This document shows positions 28,891-38,933 of a DNA stretch of 64,000 bases, piece after piece. The stretch lies in assembly GCA_034430775.1 (NCBI GenBank), contig DAOUDU010000081.1:19063-83062 (forward strand), written 5' to 3'. A program made the translations under genes and the position numbers. The DNA comes from Anaerolineales bacterium. Lineage in GTDB: Bacteria; Chloroflexota; Anaerolineae; Anaerolineales; RBG-16-64-43. The notes beneath the pieces are model-generated. The model ran no database searches, was not told where the DNA came from, and worked only from the letters and a program-made list of their open reading frames with translations. Every line of letters begins with the position of its first letter. The first letter of the stretch is position 1.

Positions 28891-30006
28891 ATGACAACCC
28901 TGCATAATGTGTACCCATTCCCCGCTATTGCCGGGCAGGAGCGCATGAAGCGCGCCCTGCTGCTGAATGCCGTCAATCCTCGGATCGGCGGCGTATTAAT
29001 CCGCGGCGAACGCGGCACCGCCAAATCCACCGCCGCACGATCGCTGGCGGCGCTGCTCCCGGAAGTGCGTGCCGTCATCGGATGCCGTTTCGGTTGCGAT
29101 CCCGACATGCCCACCTCGTGGTGCACGGAATGCCGTGAACGCATGGCCGGCGGGGAATCCTTGCCGGTGGAAAGCCGCCGCACCGCTTTTGTGGACCTTC
29201 CCGTCTCGGCGACGGAAGACCGCGTGGTCGGAACAATGGACATCGAACGCGCGATTCAAAAAGGCGAGCGCTGGTTTGAACCGGGCGTGCTCGCCGCCGC
29301 CAACCGCGGGCTATTGTACATCGATGAAGTCAACCTGCTCGACGACCATGTCGTGGATATCCTGCTGGATTCGGCGGCCAGCGGGATGAATATCGTAGAG
29401 CGTGAAGGCATTTCGTTTGCCCATCCGGCCCGCTTCATCCTGGTGGGGACAATGAATCCGGAAGAGGGCGATTTGCGTCCGCAGCTTCTGGACCGATTCG
29501 CTCTGTGCGTGGACGTGCGCGGAATCGTGGAATTGCGCGATCGGGTGGCTATCATGGAACGCAATCTGCGGTTCGAAGGCGACCCGGAGGGATTCCGTGC
29601 GGAATGGCAGGCGCAGGAGGGTGCACTATCGGAAGAGATCGAACGCGCGCGGGAGCTGGTCGATCATGTCACCTATTCCTCCCGCGACCTGTTGACCATC
29701 GCCGGATTGACGACCTCGCTTAAAGTCGATGGCCATCGCGCGGACCTGGTCATCCTGAAAGCGGCGAGGGCACAGGCCGCGCTGGAAGGCCGCACCGTCC
29801 TCACCGATCACGATATTGCGCTGGCGGCCGAGTTGGCGCTGCCCCACCGGCTTAAACACGGCCCGTTGCAGCAGGTCGAGGCAAGCCTATTCAATCTGAA
29901 CGAGCAGATCGAGCAGGTCCAATCCGATCTGGAAACGATGGATGAGACGACCTCCGCCCCTCCCCAGAACATACCGGACGGATCGGAAAAAAAAAAGATA
30001 GCCTGA
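28891..30006 (+). CDS. Mg/Co-chelatase AAA+ subunit (ChlI/BchI-like); 5' frame of a probably frameshifted chlD-like gene
   Basis: YPFPAIAGQ, GERGTAKS, LLYIDEVNLLDDH, GTMNPEEG.LRPQLLDRF. Ends at A10 run then KKKIA-stop. Confidence 0.92.
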   Translation: MTTLHNVYPFPAIAGQERMKRALLLNAVNPRIGGVLIRGERGTAKSTAARSLAALLPEVRAVIGCRFGCDPDMPTSWCTECRERMAGGESLPVESRRTAFVDLPVSATEDRVVGTMDIERAIQKGERWFEPGVLAAANRGLLYIDEVNLLDDHVVDILLDSAASGMNIVEREGISFAHPARFILVGTMNPEEGDLRPQLLDRFALCVDVRGIVELRDRVAIMERNLRFEGDPEGFRAEWQAQEGALSEEIERARELVDHVTYSSRDLLTIAGLTTSLKVDGHRADLVILKAARAQAALEGRTVLTDHDIALAAELALPHRLKHGPLQQVEASLFNLNEQIEQVQSDLETMDETTSAPPQNIPDGSEKKKIA

Positions 30007-30950
30007 CCTCCCCCGAAGGCGGGGAGATCGATTCGGATAATTCCTCGGTTCCCCGCGCTCCGGAGCCTTCGGATTCCAAGGATGCGCCCTGGTGGGAAGG
30101 CGGCCAAAAAGCCAAAGTTGGCGCGCCGTTCGCCGCCCGCAAATTGGATACCCCGCTGGATAAGCTCGCCCGCCAGGCCAAAGGCAGGCGCTCGCGCACC
30201 CGGACCAAGGAGCGCCGGGGCCGCTATGTGCAATCCCGTTCCACTCCCGGTAAAGCAGACGATCTTGCCTTCGATGCCACTGTTAGGGCCGCGGCTCCCT
30301 TTCAAACCCAACGTACCGAGGAACGGAAGCAGGTGGCCTTCGCCGTCCGCCGCTCGGATTTCCACAGCAAGGTCCGTGTCCGCAAAGCCGGCAACCTGAT
30401 CCTTTTCGTGGTGGATGCGTCCTGGTCCATGGCGGTGGCCGAACGGATGACGGCCACCAAAGGGGCGATCCTCTCGCTCTTGACCGATGCTTATCAGCGG
30501 CGTGACCGGGTCGGGCTGGTGGTATTCCAGAAGGACCGCGCCCTCCTGGTTCTTCCCCCGACCCACTCGACGAGCTTGGCGCGCAGGGCTCTGGCCGACA
30601 TTCCGGTGGGCGGGAAGACGCCGCTTTCCGCGGGTTTGGCGCTGGCGCTCAAAACCCTGCGGATGGAAAAAATCACACACCCGGAAATCATGCCACTTAT
30701 GATTATGCTTACCGATGGGGCGGGGAATGTCGCCATTGGAACCCAACCGCCGCTGGCCGAGGCCTACCGGATCGCGGACGCCATCTGCGCGCAGAAGCTT
30801 CGCAGCGTCGTGGTGAATATGGAACACGCCGCCTTCGACCAGGGGCTGGCCGGCGAACTGGCGGTCCATCTCGGCGCACGGTGTTACACCCTGCGTGACC
30901 TTCGCGCCGAATCACTGTATCAAACGGTGCGTGGAGAGCTGACACCGTAG
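29946..30950 (+). CDS. ChlD-type linker + von Willebrand A domain, in the -1 frame relative to 28891..30006
   Basis: Frame open from 29946 (after TGA 29943-29945) with no ATG/SD start. MIDAS DASWS, GGKTPL, LTDG. Confidence 0.85.
   Translation, partial: DDLRPSPEHTGRIGKKKDSLTSPEGGEIDSDNSSVPRAPEPSDSKDAPWWEGGQKAKVGAPFAARKLDTPLDKLARQAKGRRSRTRTKERRGRYVQSRSTPGKADDLAFDATVRAAAPFQTQRTEERKQVAFAVRRSDFHSKVRVRKAGNLILFVVDASWSMAVAERMTATKGAILSLLTDAYQRRDRVGLVVFQKDRALLVLPPTHSTSLARRALADIPVGGKTPLSAGLALALKTLRMEKITHPEIMPLMIMLTDGAGNVAIGTQPPLAEAYRIADAICAQKLRSVVVNMEHAAFDQGLAGELAVHLGARCYTLRDLRAESLYQTVRGELTP
29987..30029 (+). other. Candidate programmed -1 frameshift / transcriptional slippage signal
   Basis: A10 run 29987-29996 containing A_AAA_AAG (29991-29997), followed by hairpin GA-C-CTCCCC/GGGGAG-A-TC (30005-30029). 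Confidence 0.75.
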
Positions 30951-30990
30951 GTAATATCCCCCTTGTACTGTACACTGTCCTATCCTCCTT

Positions 30991-31036
30991 GCCCCCCCTC
31001 TCCCCCTTTCCCCTAGGGGAAGGGGGAGAGGGGGGC
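30991..31036. repeat. Purine/pyrimidine REP-like hairpin (CCCCT..TTCCCCTAGGGGAAGGGGG family)
   Basis: About 20-bp imperfect inverted repeat. The same core TTCCCCTAGGGGAAGGGG recurs near 63980. Confidence 0.65.
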
Positions 31037-31194
31037 CGATGATGCGGTGACATTGCGCGTCTTCGGCGGGGAGAGGGGATTAGGACTGTGCAGTTTGCAT
31101 CCTCCATCAAAACCCATTATGCTTGTCAATGCCTTACCCAGGAAAAAGGTTTTGAATGATGCCCATTGGGTCCGAATAGAAGAAAGGAGCAGCG

Positions 31195-32061
31195 ATGGAG
31201 TACTTTAGAACGAAATGGCTTACTCACCCGTTGGCCCATCCCGTCCTATGGCTGGCGTTGCCGCTGGCGCTTGGATTCGCATTCAGCCTGCTGATCCCGC
31301 GTCCGATTGTCGGAACGATTACGTTCCGCGACGCTATCTATTCCTACTCTGCCGGCGACATCATTTCGCAGTTGCGTTACGCTTATGATCATCCGGAAAT
31401 CCAGGCCGTGGTACTGGTGATGGACAGCCCCGGGGGAACGGTGGCTGATACGGAATCGCTCTACCTTGAATTGATTCGGCTCCGCGAGAAGAAACCGGTT
31501 GTGGTTTCCATCGAAACGATGGCTGCCAGCGGTGCCTATTACCTGGCGGTGGGAGCCGACTATATCTTCGCCAAACCCTCCTCGGAAGTGGGAAACGTCG
31601 GCGTGCGCACCGTCCTGCCCTCAGCCCCTTCCGTGTACGAGGACGAGATCTCGACCGGGCCGTATAAATTCTACGGCGGCTCGCGGGATGAGACTCTGCG
31701 CCTGCTCGACCCGCTAAAGAAGAGTTTTTACAAGGCGGTGGTGTTGGGACGCGGTGAAAACCTGCTCACCACTCCGGAAAACATCCTCAGCGGCAAGCTC
31801 TTCATCGGCAGCGAAGCGCTGCGCTTCGGGCTGATTGACGCGCTGGGCACCTACTCAGAGGCGCTCGCGAAAGCTGCCGCGCTGGCACATGTCTGGAATT
31901 ACGAAACCAAGGACTTGCGGCCGCTGGCGCTGGGGCCGGAATCGACCGCCGTGTATTACGGGTTCTTCCTCGAAACCGCAGACGGGACGCAAAGCCCTTA
32001 CCCGCGCGCGGCCGGAGCCTATTACCTCTACATTCCGGAAAGCGACAGGAGGCTGCCATGA
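31195..32061 (+). CDS. S49 family signal-peptide peptidase (SppA-like)
   Basis: N-terminal TM, MDSPGG, MAASGAYY.A...D.I.A.PSS.VGNVGV, GPYK, GLID.LG. SD AAGGAG. Confidence 0.85.
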   Translation: MEYFRTKWLTHPLAHPVLWLALPLALGFAFSLLIPRPIVGTITFRDAIYSYSAGDIISQLRYAYDHPEIQAVVLVMDSPGGTVADTESLYLELIRLREKKPVVVSIETMAASGAYYLAVGADYIFAKPSSEVGNVGVRTVLPSAPSVYEDEISTGPYKFYGGSRDETLRLLDPLKKSFYKAVVLGRGENLLTTPENILSGKLFIGSEALRFGLIDALGTYSEALAKAAALAHVWNYETKDLRPLALGPESTAVYYGFFLETADGTQSPYPRAAGAYYLYIPESDRRLP

Positions 32062-33542
32062 AACGCTACCGCATACCGATCGCCGCCGCGCTGTTCCTGC
32101 TTCCCCTCCTGGCCCGGGCCGTTTGGTTCTACCAGGGAATCTTCTGGCGTGCGGAAACCATCGCCACGCCGGATTACGAGTCGTTCACCATTCCGCAACC
32201 GCCGCTTTCCACATCCGTTCCGGCCGCCGAACTCGCCCCCTCCCATGCGATCATTCTCCTGGATCAGGCGCATGCGAATATGTTCTCCCCCTCCGAACTG
32301 GAGACTCTAACCGGCATCCTCCATACCCGGGGCGCGAGAGTGGAAAGCGTCGCGCTCGGATCCTATGACAACCGGACGCTTGCGGATCAGTTGAAATACG
32401 CCTCGGCGTATATATCCGTTTGTCCGATTTCCGCGTACTCAACAGCCGAGATCCAGCTGCTGCAGGATTTCGTCCGCGGCGGCGGCCGGCTGCTGATCCT
32501 CACCGATCCGACCCGCTCGGCCGTGACGTATGATTATTATGGATACGGTTCGGCAACGGTGATGGCGGATGTGATCGCCGCCAACAGCCTGCTGGCTCCC
32601 TATGATATTGCCTTTGTAGACGATTACCTTTACAACATGTCCTTTTACGAAGGGAACTACCGCAACGTCTTCTTCACGGATTTCTCGGCCAACCCGCTGA
32701 CCAAGGATCTGTCCAAGATCGTGCTGTATGCGGCCCATTCTCTGCAAACCGGTTCGGGAACCGTCTTAATCCAGAGCTCGCAGACGACAAAATCGTCTCG
32801 GACGGACACCGATGGCGCATACGGGGTCGCCGCGGTCGATGCCGGCACGCACGTGCTGGCCATCGGCGATTTGACTTTCCTGCAGCCGCCCTACAACCAA
32901 GTCGCCGATAACGCCATCCTCATCCGGCATATCGCCGACTTTCTGCTGGAAGCGCCGCGGATCCATGACCTGAAGGATTTCCCCTTCCTCTTCCAGCGCG
33001 AAGTAGCCATCGTGCCGATGAGCGACGTCCTGCTGTCGGCGAATTTGCTTGGGCCGATCCGGACTTTGCAGCAGGATCTCGCCGGCGTGGGAATAGGCTC
33101 GGCGATGGCGCCCGGGGTTATGGCCGGGAAGGATCTCATCCTCCTCGCGACCTTTTCCAGTCCGGGGATCGGGGATTACCTCAAGCCGCTCGGCATCCAA
33201 CTGCCCTCCCTGACTGCCTATCCTTCAGCCCGTGGCTATCCGCAGATCGAAATACCGGGATTCGGTTCCGTCCCGGCATCGGGAATCGGGTTGATTCTCT
33301 TCTCGCGGACCGAGACCCGTTCCACACTCATCCTGCTGGCGGAGGATTCTGCTTCCCTTACCGATCTGCTTGGCGTTATCGGTCCGGAAGGATTTTCCAA
33401 TTGCGTACTACAGGGGGATGTCGCCGTATGCGGCTTGGGTGGAGGGTTTGGAGACTTCGGCAGTTCCTGGTGGCAGCCGTATGGCGCGGCAAGCGACGAT
33501 CTTCCGCCGGATCTCACATCCACGCCAGTGCCGGCCGGATAA
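32058..33542 (+). CDS. Membrane-anchored hypothetical protein with a GldG/GIFT-like (GATase-fold) domain
   Basis: N-terminal TM, IILLDQAHAN, EIQLLQDFVRGGGRLLILTDP, VLAIGDLTFL...N..L..HIADFL. Start overlaps the sppA stop. Confidence 0.6.
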   Translation: MKRYRIPIAAALFLLPLLARAVWFYQGIFWRAETIATPDYESFTIPQPPLSTSVPAAELAPSHAIILLDQAHANMFSPSELETLTGILHTRGARVESVALGSYDNRTLADQLKYASAYISVCPISAYSTAEIQLLQDFVRGGGRLLILTDPTRSAVTYDYYGYGSATVMADVIAANSLLAPYDIAFVDDYLYNMSFYEGNYRNVFFTDFSANPLTKDLSKIVLYAAHSLQTGSGTVLIQSSQTTKSSRTDTDGAYGVAAVDAGTHVLAIGDLTFLQPPYNQVADNAILIRHIADFLLEAPRIHDLKDFPFLFQREVAIVPMSDVLLSANLLGPIRTLQQDLAGVGIGSAMAPGVMAGKDLILLATFSSPGIGDYLKPLGIQLPSLTAYPSARGYPQIEIPGFGSVPASGIGLILFSRTETRSTLILLAEDSASLTDLLGVIGPEGFSNCVLQGDVAVCGLGGGFGDFGSSWWQPYGAASDDLPPDLTSTPVPAG

Positions 33543-33553
33543 AGGCTATACTG

Positions 33554-33594
33554 AAAAAAAAGACCGCCTTGGAAAGACCAAGGCGGTCTTTTTT
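33554..33594. terminator. Bidirectional terminator built from an AGACCGCCTTGG-family palindrome
   Basis: A8-GACCGCCTTGG-AAAGA-CCAAGGCGGTC-T6 between convergent genes. Confidence 0.85.
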
Positions 33595-33596
33595 CT

Positions 33597-34430
33597 TTAG
33601 TACGGCAACAAAGGTATTAATCCAATGATCGCATAATATCCGATGACGGCTGTGATCAGCCAGGAGTCGATCCGGTCCAGCACACCTCCATGCCCGGGGA
33701 AGAAATCCCCCGAATCCTTTTGCGCTACTTCCCGCTTCATCATGCTTATGGCGAGATCTCCCAGCGGCGATATCAACCCGATCAAGAGCCCAAGCAGCAA
33801 TCCCCCTGCTGGGTGAATCCCGCTGCCCGCGCCCGCCGGCCATTGGAACAACCAGGCGATCGCGAATCCGACCAGTGTCGCGCCGGCTATGCCGCCGAAA
33901 TACCCTTCCCAGGTCTTCTTGGGGCTGATCAATCGGGCCAGCTTATGCCTGCCCCACGCGCGTCCGACCAGGTAGGCAGCCGAATCGGCCGCGCCGACCA
34001 CCGCCAGGCAGAGCATGAACCACCAGTACCCGTATGGCAGGAGGCGAAGAGAAACGAAATAACCGCCCAGCCAACCGAGGTACAGCGTTCCGCCAAGCGT
34101 GAGTCCCAGCGCGGTGGCGGCTTTGCTTTCCCCGGCGAATTCATACCGAAGTAAAAACCAGAATGTGGAAAACAGAATACTCCCGGAGAGAGCCGCCCCC
34201 GCATGATCGAAACCGAAAAATCCGCGCAGGATCACCAATCCGGCGCAGCTTGCGGCGAGGATCGCGGGTGGAATGTTTTTTCCCGGAGCGGAGAACAGCC
34301 GCGCATATTCCCAGGCAGCCATGCCCAACAGGAGGGCAATCAGCCCGGTAAAGACCGCACCACCCGCCACAAGGACGGCAATTCCGGTAGGGATGAGGAT
34401 TAGGATGACTGCCAGCCGGTCACGCATCAT
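33597..34430 (-). CDS. cdsA: Phosphatidate cytidylyltransferase
   Basis: D..AY.VG...GRHKL...ISPKKTWEG, GDL..S..KR....KDSG...PGHGG.LDRIDS. Confidence 0.93.
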   Translation of the reverse strand: MMRDRLAVILILIPTGIAVLVAGGAVFTGLIALLLGMAAWEYARLFSAPGKNIPPAILAASCAGLVILRGFFGFDHAGAALSGSILFSTFWFLLRYEFAGESKAATALGLTLGGTLYLGWLGGYFVSLRLLPYGYWWFMLCLAVVGAADSAAYLVGRAWGRHKLARLISPKKTWEGYFGGIAGATLVGFAIAWLFQWPAGAGSGIHPAGGLLLGLLIGLISPLGDLAISMMKREVAQKDSGDFFPGHGGVLDRIDSWLITAVIGYYAIIGLIPLLPY

Positions 34431-35191
34431 TCCCGAGGATCCCCGCTTTCGGTATGGATGCCGCCGAACCGGCGGTCACGCCCGCTGTATTCCCAAAGCG
34501 CCCTCCGCAATTCTTCCTTGTTGAAATCCGGCCAGTATACCGAAGGGAAATACCATTCAGAATAGGCCGACTGCCAGATCAGAAAATTGCTTGCGCGTTG
34601 CTCGCCCGACGTCCGGATGACCAGGTCCGGATCGGGTATGCCCGCCGTGTAAAGATATTTTCCAATCAGTGTTTCGTCGACAGCTTCCTGCGCAACACCA
34701 TCGTGGATCATATTCTTTATGGCGCGGACCAATTCGTCACGGCCTCCGTAATTAAAGGCGATATTCAACACCAGCTTCCGGTTTTCCCGGGTCAACGCCA
34801 TCGCCTTCGCAACCTTTTTTTGAAGCAGCGGGTTTAATCCTTCCAGCCTGCCGATATGCCGGAGCTGCACGCCGTTGCGATGCAATTCCTCCAGCTCCCG
34901 GTCGATGACGTCTTCGAGAATCAACATCAGCCCTTTTACTTCCTCCTCCGGACGTTCCCAATTCTCCGTGGAGAAAGCATAAATGGTCAGGACCTGGACC
35001 CCGTTTTCGACGCAACCTTCGATCACCCGCCGCAGGTTTTCAACACCGGCATGATGGCCGGCCAGGCGCGGCAGCCCGCGGGACTTTGCCCAGCGGCCGT
35101 TGCCGTCCATGATGATGGCGACATGCCGGGGTATGTTCTTCGGAAGGCCTTCCGGTAAAGGCGCCGTGGTTGATGCGTTGGCTCCGCCCAT
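34427..35191 (-). CDS. uppS: Undecaprenyl (cis-prenyl) diphosphate synthase
   Basis: PRHVAIIMDGNGRWA, YAFSTENW, NYGGR.E, IRTSGEQR.SNFL.WQ. Start uncertain (35191 or 35206). Confidence 0.95.
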   Translation of the reverse strand: MGGANASTTAPLPEGLPKNIPRHVAIIMDGNGRWAKSRGLPRLAGHHAGVENLRRVIEGCVENGVQVLTIYAFSTENWERPEEEVKGLMLILEDVIDRELEELHRNGVQLRHIGRLEGLNPLLQKKVAKAMALTRENRKLVLNIAFNYGGRDELVRAIKNMIHDGVAQEAVDETLIGKYLYTAGIPDPDLVIRTSGEQRASNFLIWQSAYSEWYFPSVYWPDFNKEELRRALWEYSGRDRRFGGIHTESGDPRE

Positions 35192-35237
35192 AAATGGTGA
35201 CTTCACCAGCCGGGATGGCCCGCAGGCCGAGGCCGGA

Positions 35238-35795
35238 TCAGACCTCCATGATTTCCCTGGTCTTGCGCTCGATCGCCGCTTCCACTTTTTCGATCATGCG
35301 ATCGGTGAGTTTCTGCAGATCCTCCTCGCCGCGCTTAAGATCATCCTCCGAGATGGCCTTTTCCTTCTCGAATTCCCGCAGATCGTTGTGCGATTCCCGC
35401 CGGACGTTGCGGATGGCGATCCGGGCTTCCTCGGCGCGATGGTGCACCACTTTGACCAATTCCTTGCGGCGATCCTCCGTCAGTGCCGGGATGGAGAGCC
35501 GGATGATCTTGCCGTCGTTGGAGGGGGTTAATCCGAGGTCGGAGGCGAGAATCCCCTTTTCGATGGTTTTTATCGAAGTGGGATCGAACGGCTTAATGGC
35601 GAGCAGGCGCGGCTCGGGTGCGGAAATGGTGGCCAGCTGCATCAGCGGGGTGGGTACGTCATAGTAGTCGACCATGAGCTTCTCCACCAGCATCGGGCTG
35701 GCGCGTCCCGTCCGCAGGCTGGCGAACGATTCTTCCAGGGTCTTTTCGGCGCTCTTCATTTTATTTTCAGCTTGGAGCAAGGTGTCCTTTACCAT
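35238..35795 (-). CDS. frr: Ribosome recycling factor
   Basis: RTGRA, P.NDG..IRL.IP.LTEDRRKEL, IRNVRR, Q.LTD. Confidence 0.96.
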   Translation of the reverse strand: MVKDTLLQAENKMKSAEKTLEESFASLRTGRASPMLVEKLMVDYYDVPTPLMQLATISAPEPRLLAIKPFDPTSIKTIEKGILASDLGLTPSNDGKIIRLSIPALTEDRRKELVKVVHHRAEEARIAIRNVRRESHNDLREFEKEKAISEDDLKRGEEDLQKLTDRMIEKVEAAIERKTREIMEV

Positions 35796-35893
35796 CGGAG
35801 ATCCTCCTCATGCCTTTTTTCGATGGACTCTATTTCCAAGGATACCGCAACTTTGCGGCCGCGGCCACTCATCTCCCGGAAGCGGAGCGCCCC

Positions 35894-36844
<951 letters not shown>

Positions 36845-36945
36845 TCACCGCTCTCCTTCCCGGAAGACGCCGTTTTTCATCGGCCGGGGGATCGCCGCCC
36901 GCGTCCGGATTATAGCCCATCCGGTTCGCGCTGAATTCTCCGGGT

Positions 36946-36976
36946 AAAAAAAAAGGCCAACCGTAAAGGCTGGCCT
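36946..36976 (-). terminator. Intrinsic terminator after tsf
   Basis: Minus strand AGGCCAGCC-TTTAC-GGTTGGCCT followed by a T run. Confidence 0.75.
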
Positions 36977-36984
36977 GCGGGGGA

Positions 36985-37587
36985 TCACTCCGCTTCGGTT
37001 CCCAATTCCCAGCGTGCGAATCGCCGGATCACAACGTTCTCACGCGTGGAGGCGATGATCTGTTTGAATATATCGCCGACGGTGACCGCTTCATCGCGAA
37101 TGTACGGCTGCTGCAGCAGGCAGACGTCCTGGTAGAATTTGGCCAGCCGCCCTTCCACGATTTTTTCGATCACGCCATCGGGTTTGCCATCCGCCTTGGC
37201 TTTTCCGGCGGCCAGGTTTTTCTCTTCTTCCACAACCTTCTCGGGAATGTCGGCGATATCCAGGTACTTCGGCGAGTTCGCCGCAATCTGCAGGGCGAGC
37301 TCGTGCGCAAAGTGCCGGAATTCCTCGGTACGGGCGACAAAATCGGTTTCGCAGTTGATTTCCACCATCACACCCACCCGGCCGTTGCCGTGGCTGTAAA
37401 GTTCGATCACGCCGTCCTTGGTGACGCGGTCGGACCGCTTGGCCGCGGCCGCCAGCCCCTTCTCCCGCAGTATGGCGACGGCTTTTTCCATATCGCCGCC
37501 GGTCTGTTCCAGCGTCTTCCGGCAATCCAGGATTCCGGCCCCGGTGGTTTGCCGCAGTTGTTTGATGAGAGCAGCCGAGATTTCCAT
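36985..37587 (-). CDS. tsf: Elongation factor Ts (short form)
   Basis: IKQLRQ.TGAG.LDCRK, VEINCETDFVART, IRRFARW.LG. Confidence 0.96.
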   Translation of the reverse strand: MEISAALIKQLRQTTGAGILDCRKTLEQTGGDMEKAVAILREKGLAAAAKRSDRVTKDGVIELYSHGNGRVGVMVEINCETDFVARTEEFRHFAHELALQIAANSPKYLDIADIPEKVVEEEKNLAAGKAKADGKPDGVIEKIVEGRLAKFYQDVCLLQQPYIRDEAVTVGDIFKQIIASTRENVVIRRFARWELGTEAE

Positions 37588-37590
37588 GGA

Positions 37591-38511
37591 TTATTTCTCC
37601 CCCGCCGGAGGTGCATCGGGTTCTTTTTCCGCGGAGGCTTTAGCCTTCGCCTCCGCCGGAGTTGCACCGGGTTCTTTTTCCGCGGAGGCTTTAGCCTTCG
37701 CCCCCGCCGGAGTCTCACCGGGTTCTTTTTCCGCGGAGGCTTTAACCTTCGCCAAGGTGCCTTCACTCAACAGTTCGGCTTCGGGCACGTCCTGGACGGC
37801 TTCCTCGGGTGCTTCTTCATCCTTGCGCAAAGCGCGGCCTTCCAAAACGGCGTCCGCGATTTTCCCGGTAAGCAGTTTGATGGCGCGGATCGCATCATCG
37901 TTGGAGGGAATGACATAATCCACACCCGACGGATCGCAGTTCGTATCCACCAGGGCGACCACTGGGATTTTCAGAATGTTGGATTCGTGCACGGCGGTGA
38001 ATTCGCGATGGACGTCGATGGCAAACACCAGGTTGGGCAACCCGGTCATGTTGCGGATGCCCCCCAGGCGAAGGCGCAGGCGCGCCATCCGCCGCGTAAG
38101 GATGAGGCCTTCCTTTTTGGTCAGCCGAGCCAATTCGCCGCTGGCTTCCATCTTCTCCAGCTTGGTCAATTCGTCGATCCGTTCCTTCATCGTGCGCCAG
38201 TTGGTGAGGGTCCCGCCCAACCAGCGGTCGGTTACGGAAGGCATTCCGCAGCGCTGGGCTTCGGTTTCGATCGTATCCTGCGCCTGGCGTTTGGTCCCGA
38301 CCAACAGGACCGTTCCACCGGCGGCAACGGTATCCCGGATCAGGGCGCACGCGACGCCCAGAGACGAGACTGTCTGCTGCAGGTCGATGATGTGAACTCC
38401 GTTGCGCTCGGTGAAGATGTAGGGTTTCATTTTCGGGTGCCACTTGTGGGTTCGATGCCCAAAGTGCACCCCGGCCTCGAGGAGGGCCTTGAGGGAGATG
38501 TTGGCAGCCAT
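37591..38511 (-). CDS. rpsB: 30S ribosomal protein S2 with a C-terminal 17-aa tandem repeat
   Basis: LLEAGVHFGH.T.KW.PKM, VGTKRQA, RWLGG.LTN, VDTNCDP, IPSNDDAIRAI. Confidence 0.97.
   Translation of the reverse strand: MAANISLKALLEAGVHFGHRTHKWHPKMKPYIFTERNGVHIIDLQQTVSSLGVACALIRDTVAAGGTVLLVGTKRQAQDTIETEAQRCGMPSVTDRWLGGTLTNWRTMKERIDELTKLEKMEASGELARLTKKEGLILTRRMARLRLRLGGIRNMTGLPNLVFAIDVHREFTAVHESNILKIPVVALVDTNCDPSGVDYVIPSNDDAIRAIKLLTGKIADAVLEGRALRKDEEAPEEAVQDVPEAELLSEGTLAKVKASAEKEPGETPAGAKAKASAEKEPGATPAEAKAKASAEKEPDAPPAGEK
37600..37755 (-). repeat. 51-bp tandem repeat x3 in the 3' end of rpsB (AKAKASAEKEPGxTPAx)
   Basis: GGGTTCTTTTTCCGCGGAGG at 37618, 37669 and 37720. Confidence 0.9.
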
Positions 38512-38514
38512 AAT

Positions 38515-38680
38515 GCTCCTTTGCGTTTTTCCACCGCGGGTTCATTCCCCTCCGAGACCGGATCCATACGGAGCCGGCACGCGCGGAGGGGTCCGCCGCG
38601 TGAGGTATCCCCCAGTATTAGGGGGTTGCCCCGGTTCCGGGGCAGAAATTCTCCCGCCGATAAGCCTGCGGGAGTGAGGT
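38515..38680 (-). promoter_or_regulatory. Structured 5' leader of rpsB-tsf (t44/S2-autoregulation-like)
   Basis: TATACT -10 near 38684-38689, then successive hairpins CTCCCGC/GCGGGAG, GCCCCGG/CCGGGGC, CCCCC/GGGGG, CCCCTCCG/CGGAGGGG ahead of the SD. Confidence 0.5.
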
Positions 38681-38720
38681 GAGTATACCACCCAGCCTGA
38701 AAACCCGTCAATCCTTCGGC

Positions 38721-38754
38721 AGACCGAGGCGGTCTTAAAAGACCGCCTTGGTCT
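38721..38754. repeat. AGACCGAGGCGGTCT-family palindrome
   Basis: AGACCGAGGCGGTCT-TAAA-AGACCGCCTTGGTCT, the same core as at 33561 and 60766. Confidence 0.7.
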
Positions 38755-38850
38755 TATATCATTCAGTCATCGCAAAATATGTACCGGATTTGTAATTACT
38801 CAGCCCGGTTGATAGGATTGGGAAAAGCTACGGAGAAAGTATCAATTCTT

Positions 38851-38912
38851 TCTCCCCCTCATCCCGTCCTTCTCCCGGCTTACGCTGGGAGAAGGACGGG
38901 ATGAGGGGGAGA
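38851..38912. repeat. 26-bp perfect inverted repeat (purine/pyrimidine REP-like)
   Basis: TCTCCCCCTCATCCCGTCCTTCTCCC / GGGAGAAGGACGGGATGAGGGGGAGA with a 10-nt spacer. Confidence 0.8.
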
Positions 38913-38933
38913 CTAAGCAGATACCCGGATTTT

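Noticed and set aside
28891-30950. Evidence for chlorophyll synthesis or phototrophy
   Set aside because: ChlI/ChlD-like AAA+/VWA pairs are widespread in non-phototrophs, and no bch/chl genes are nearby.
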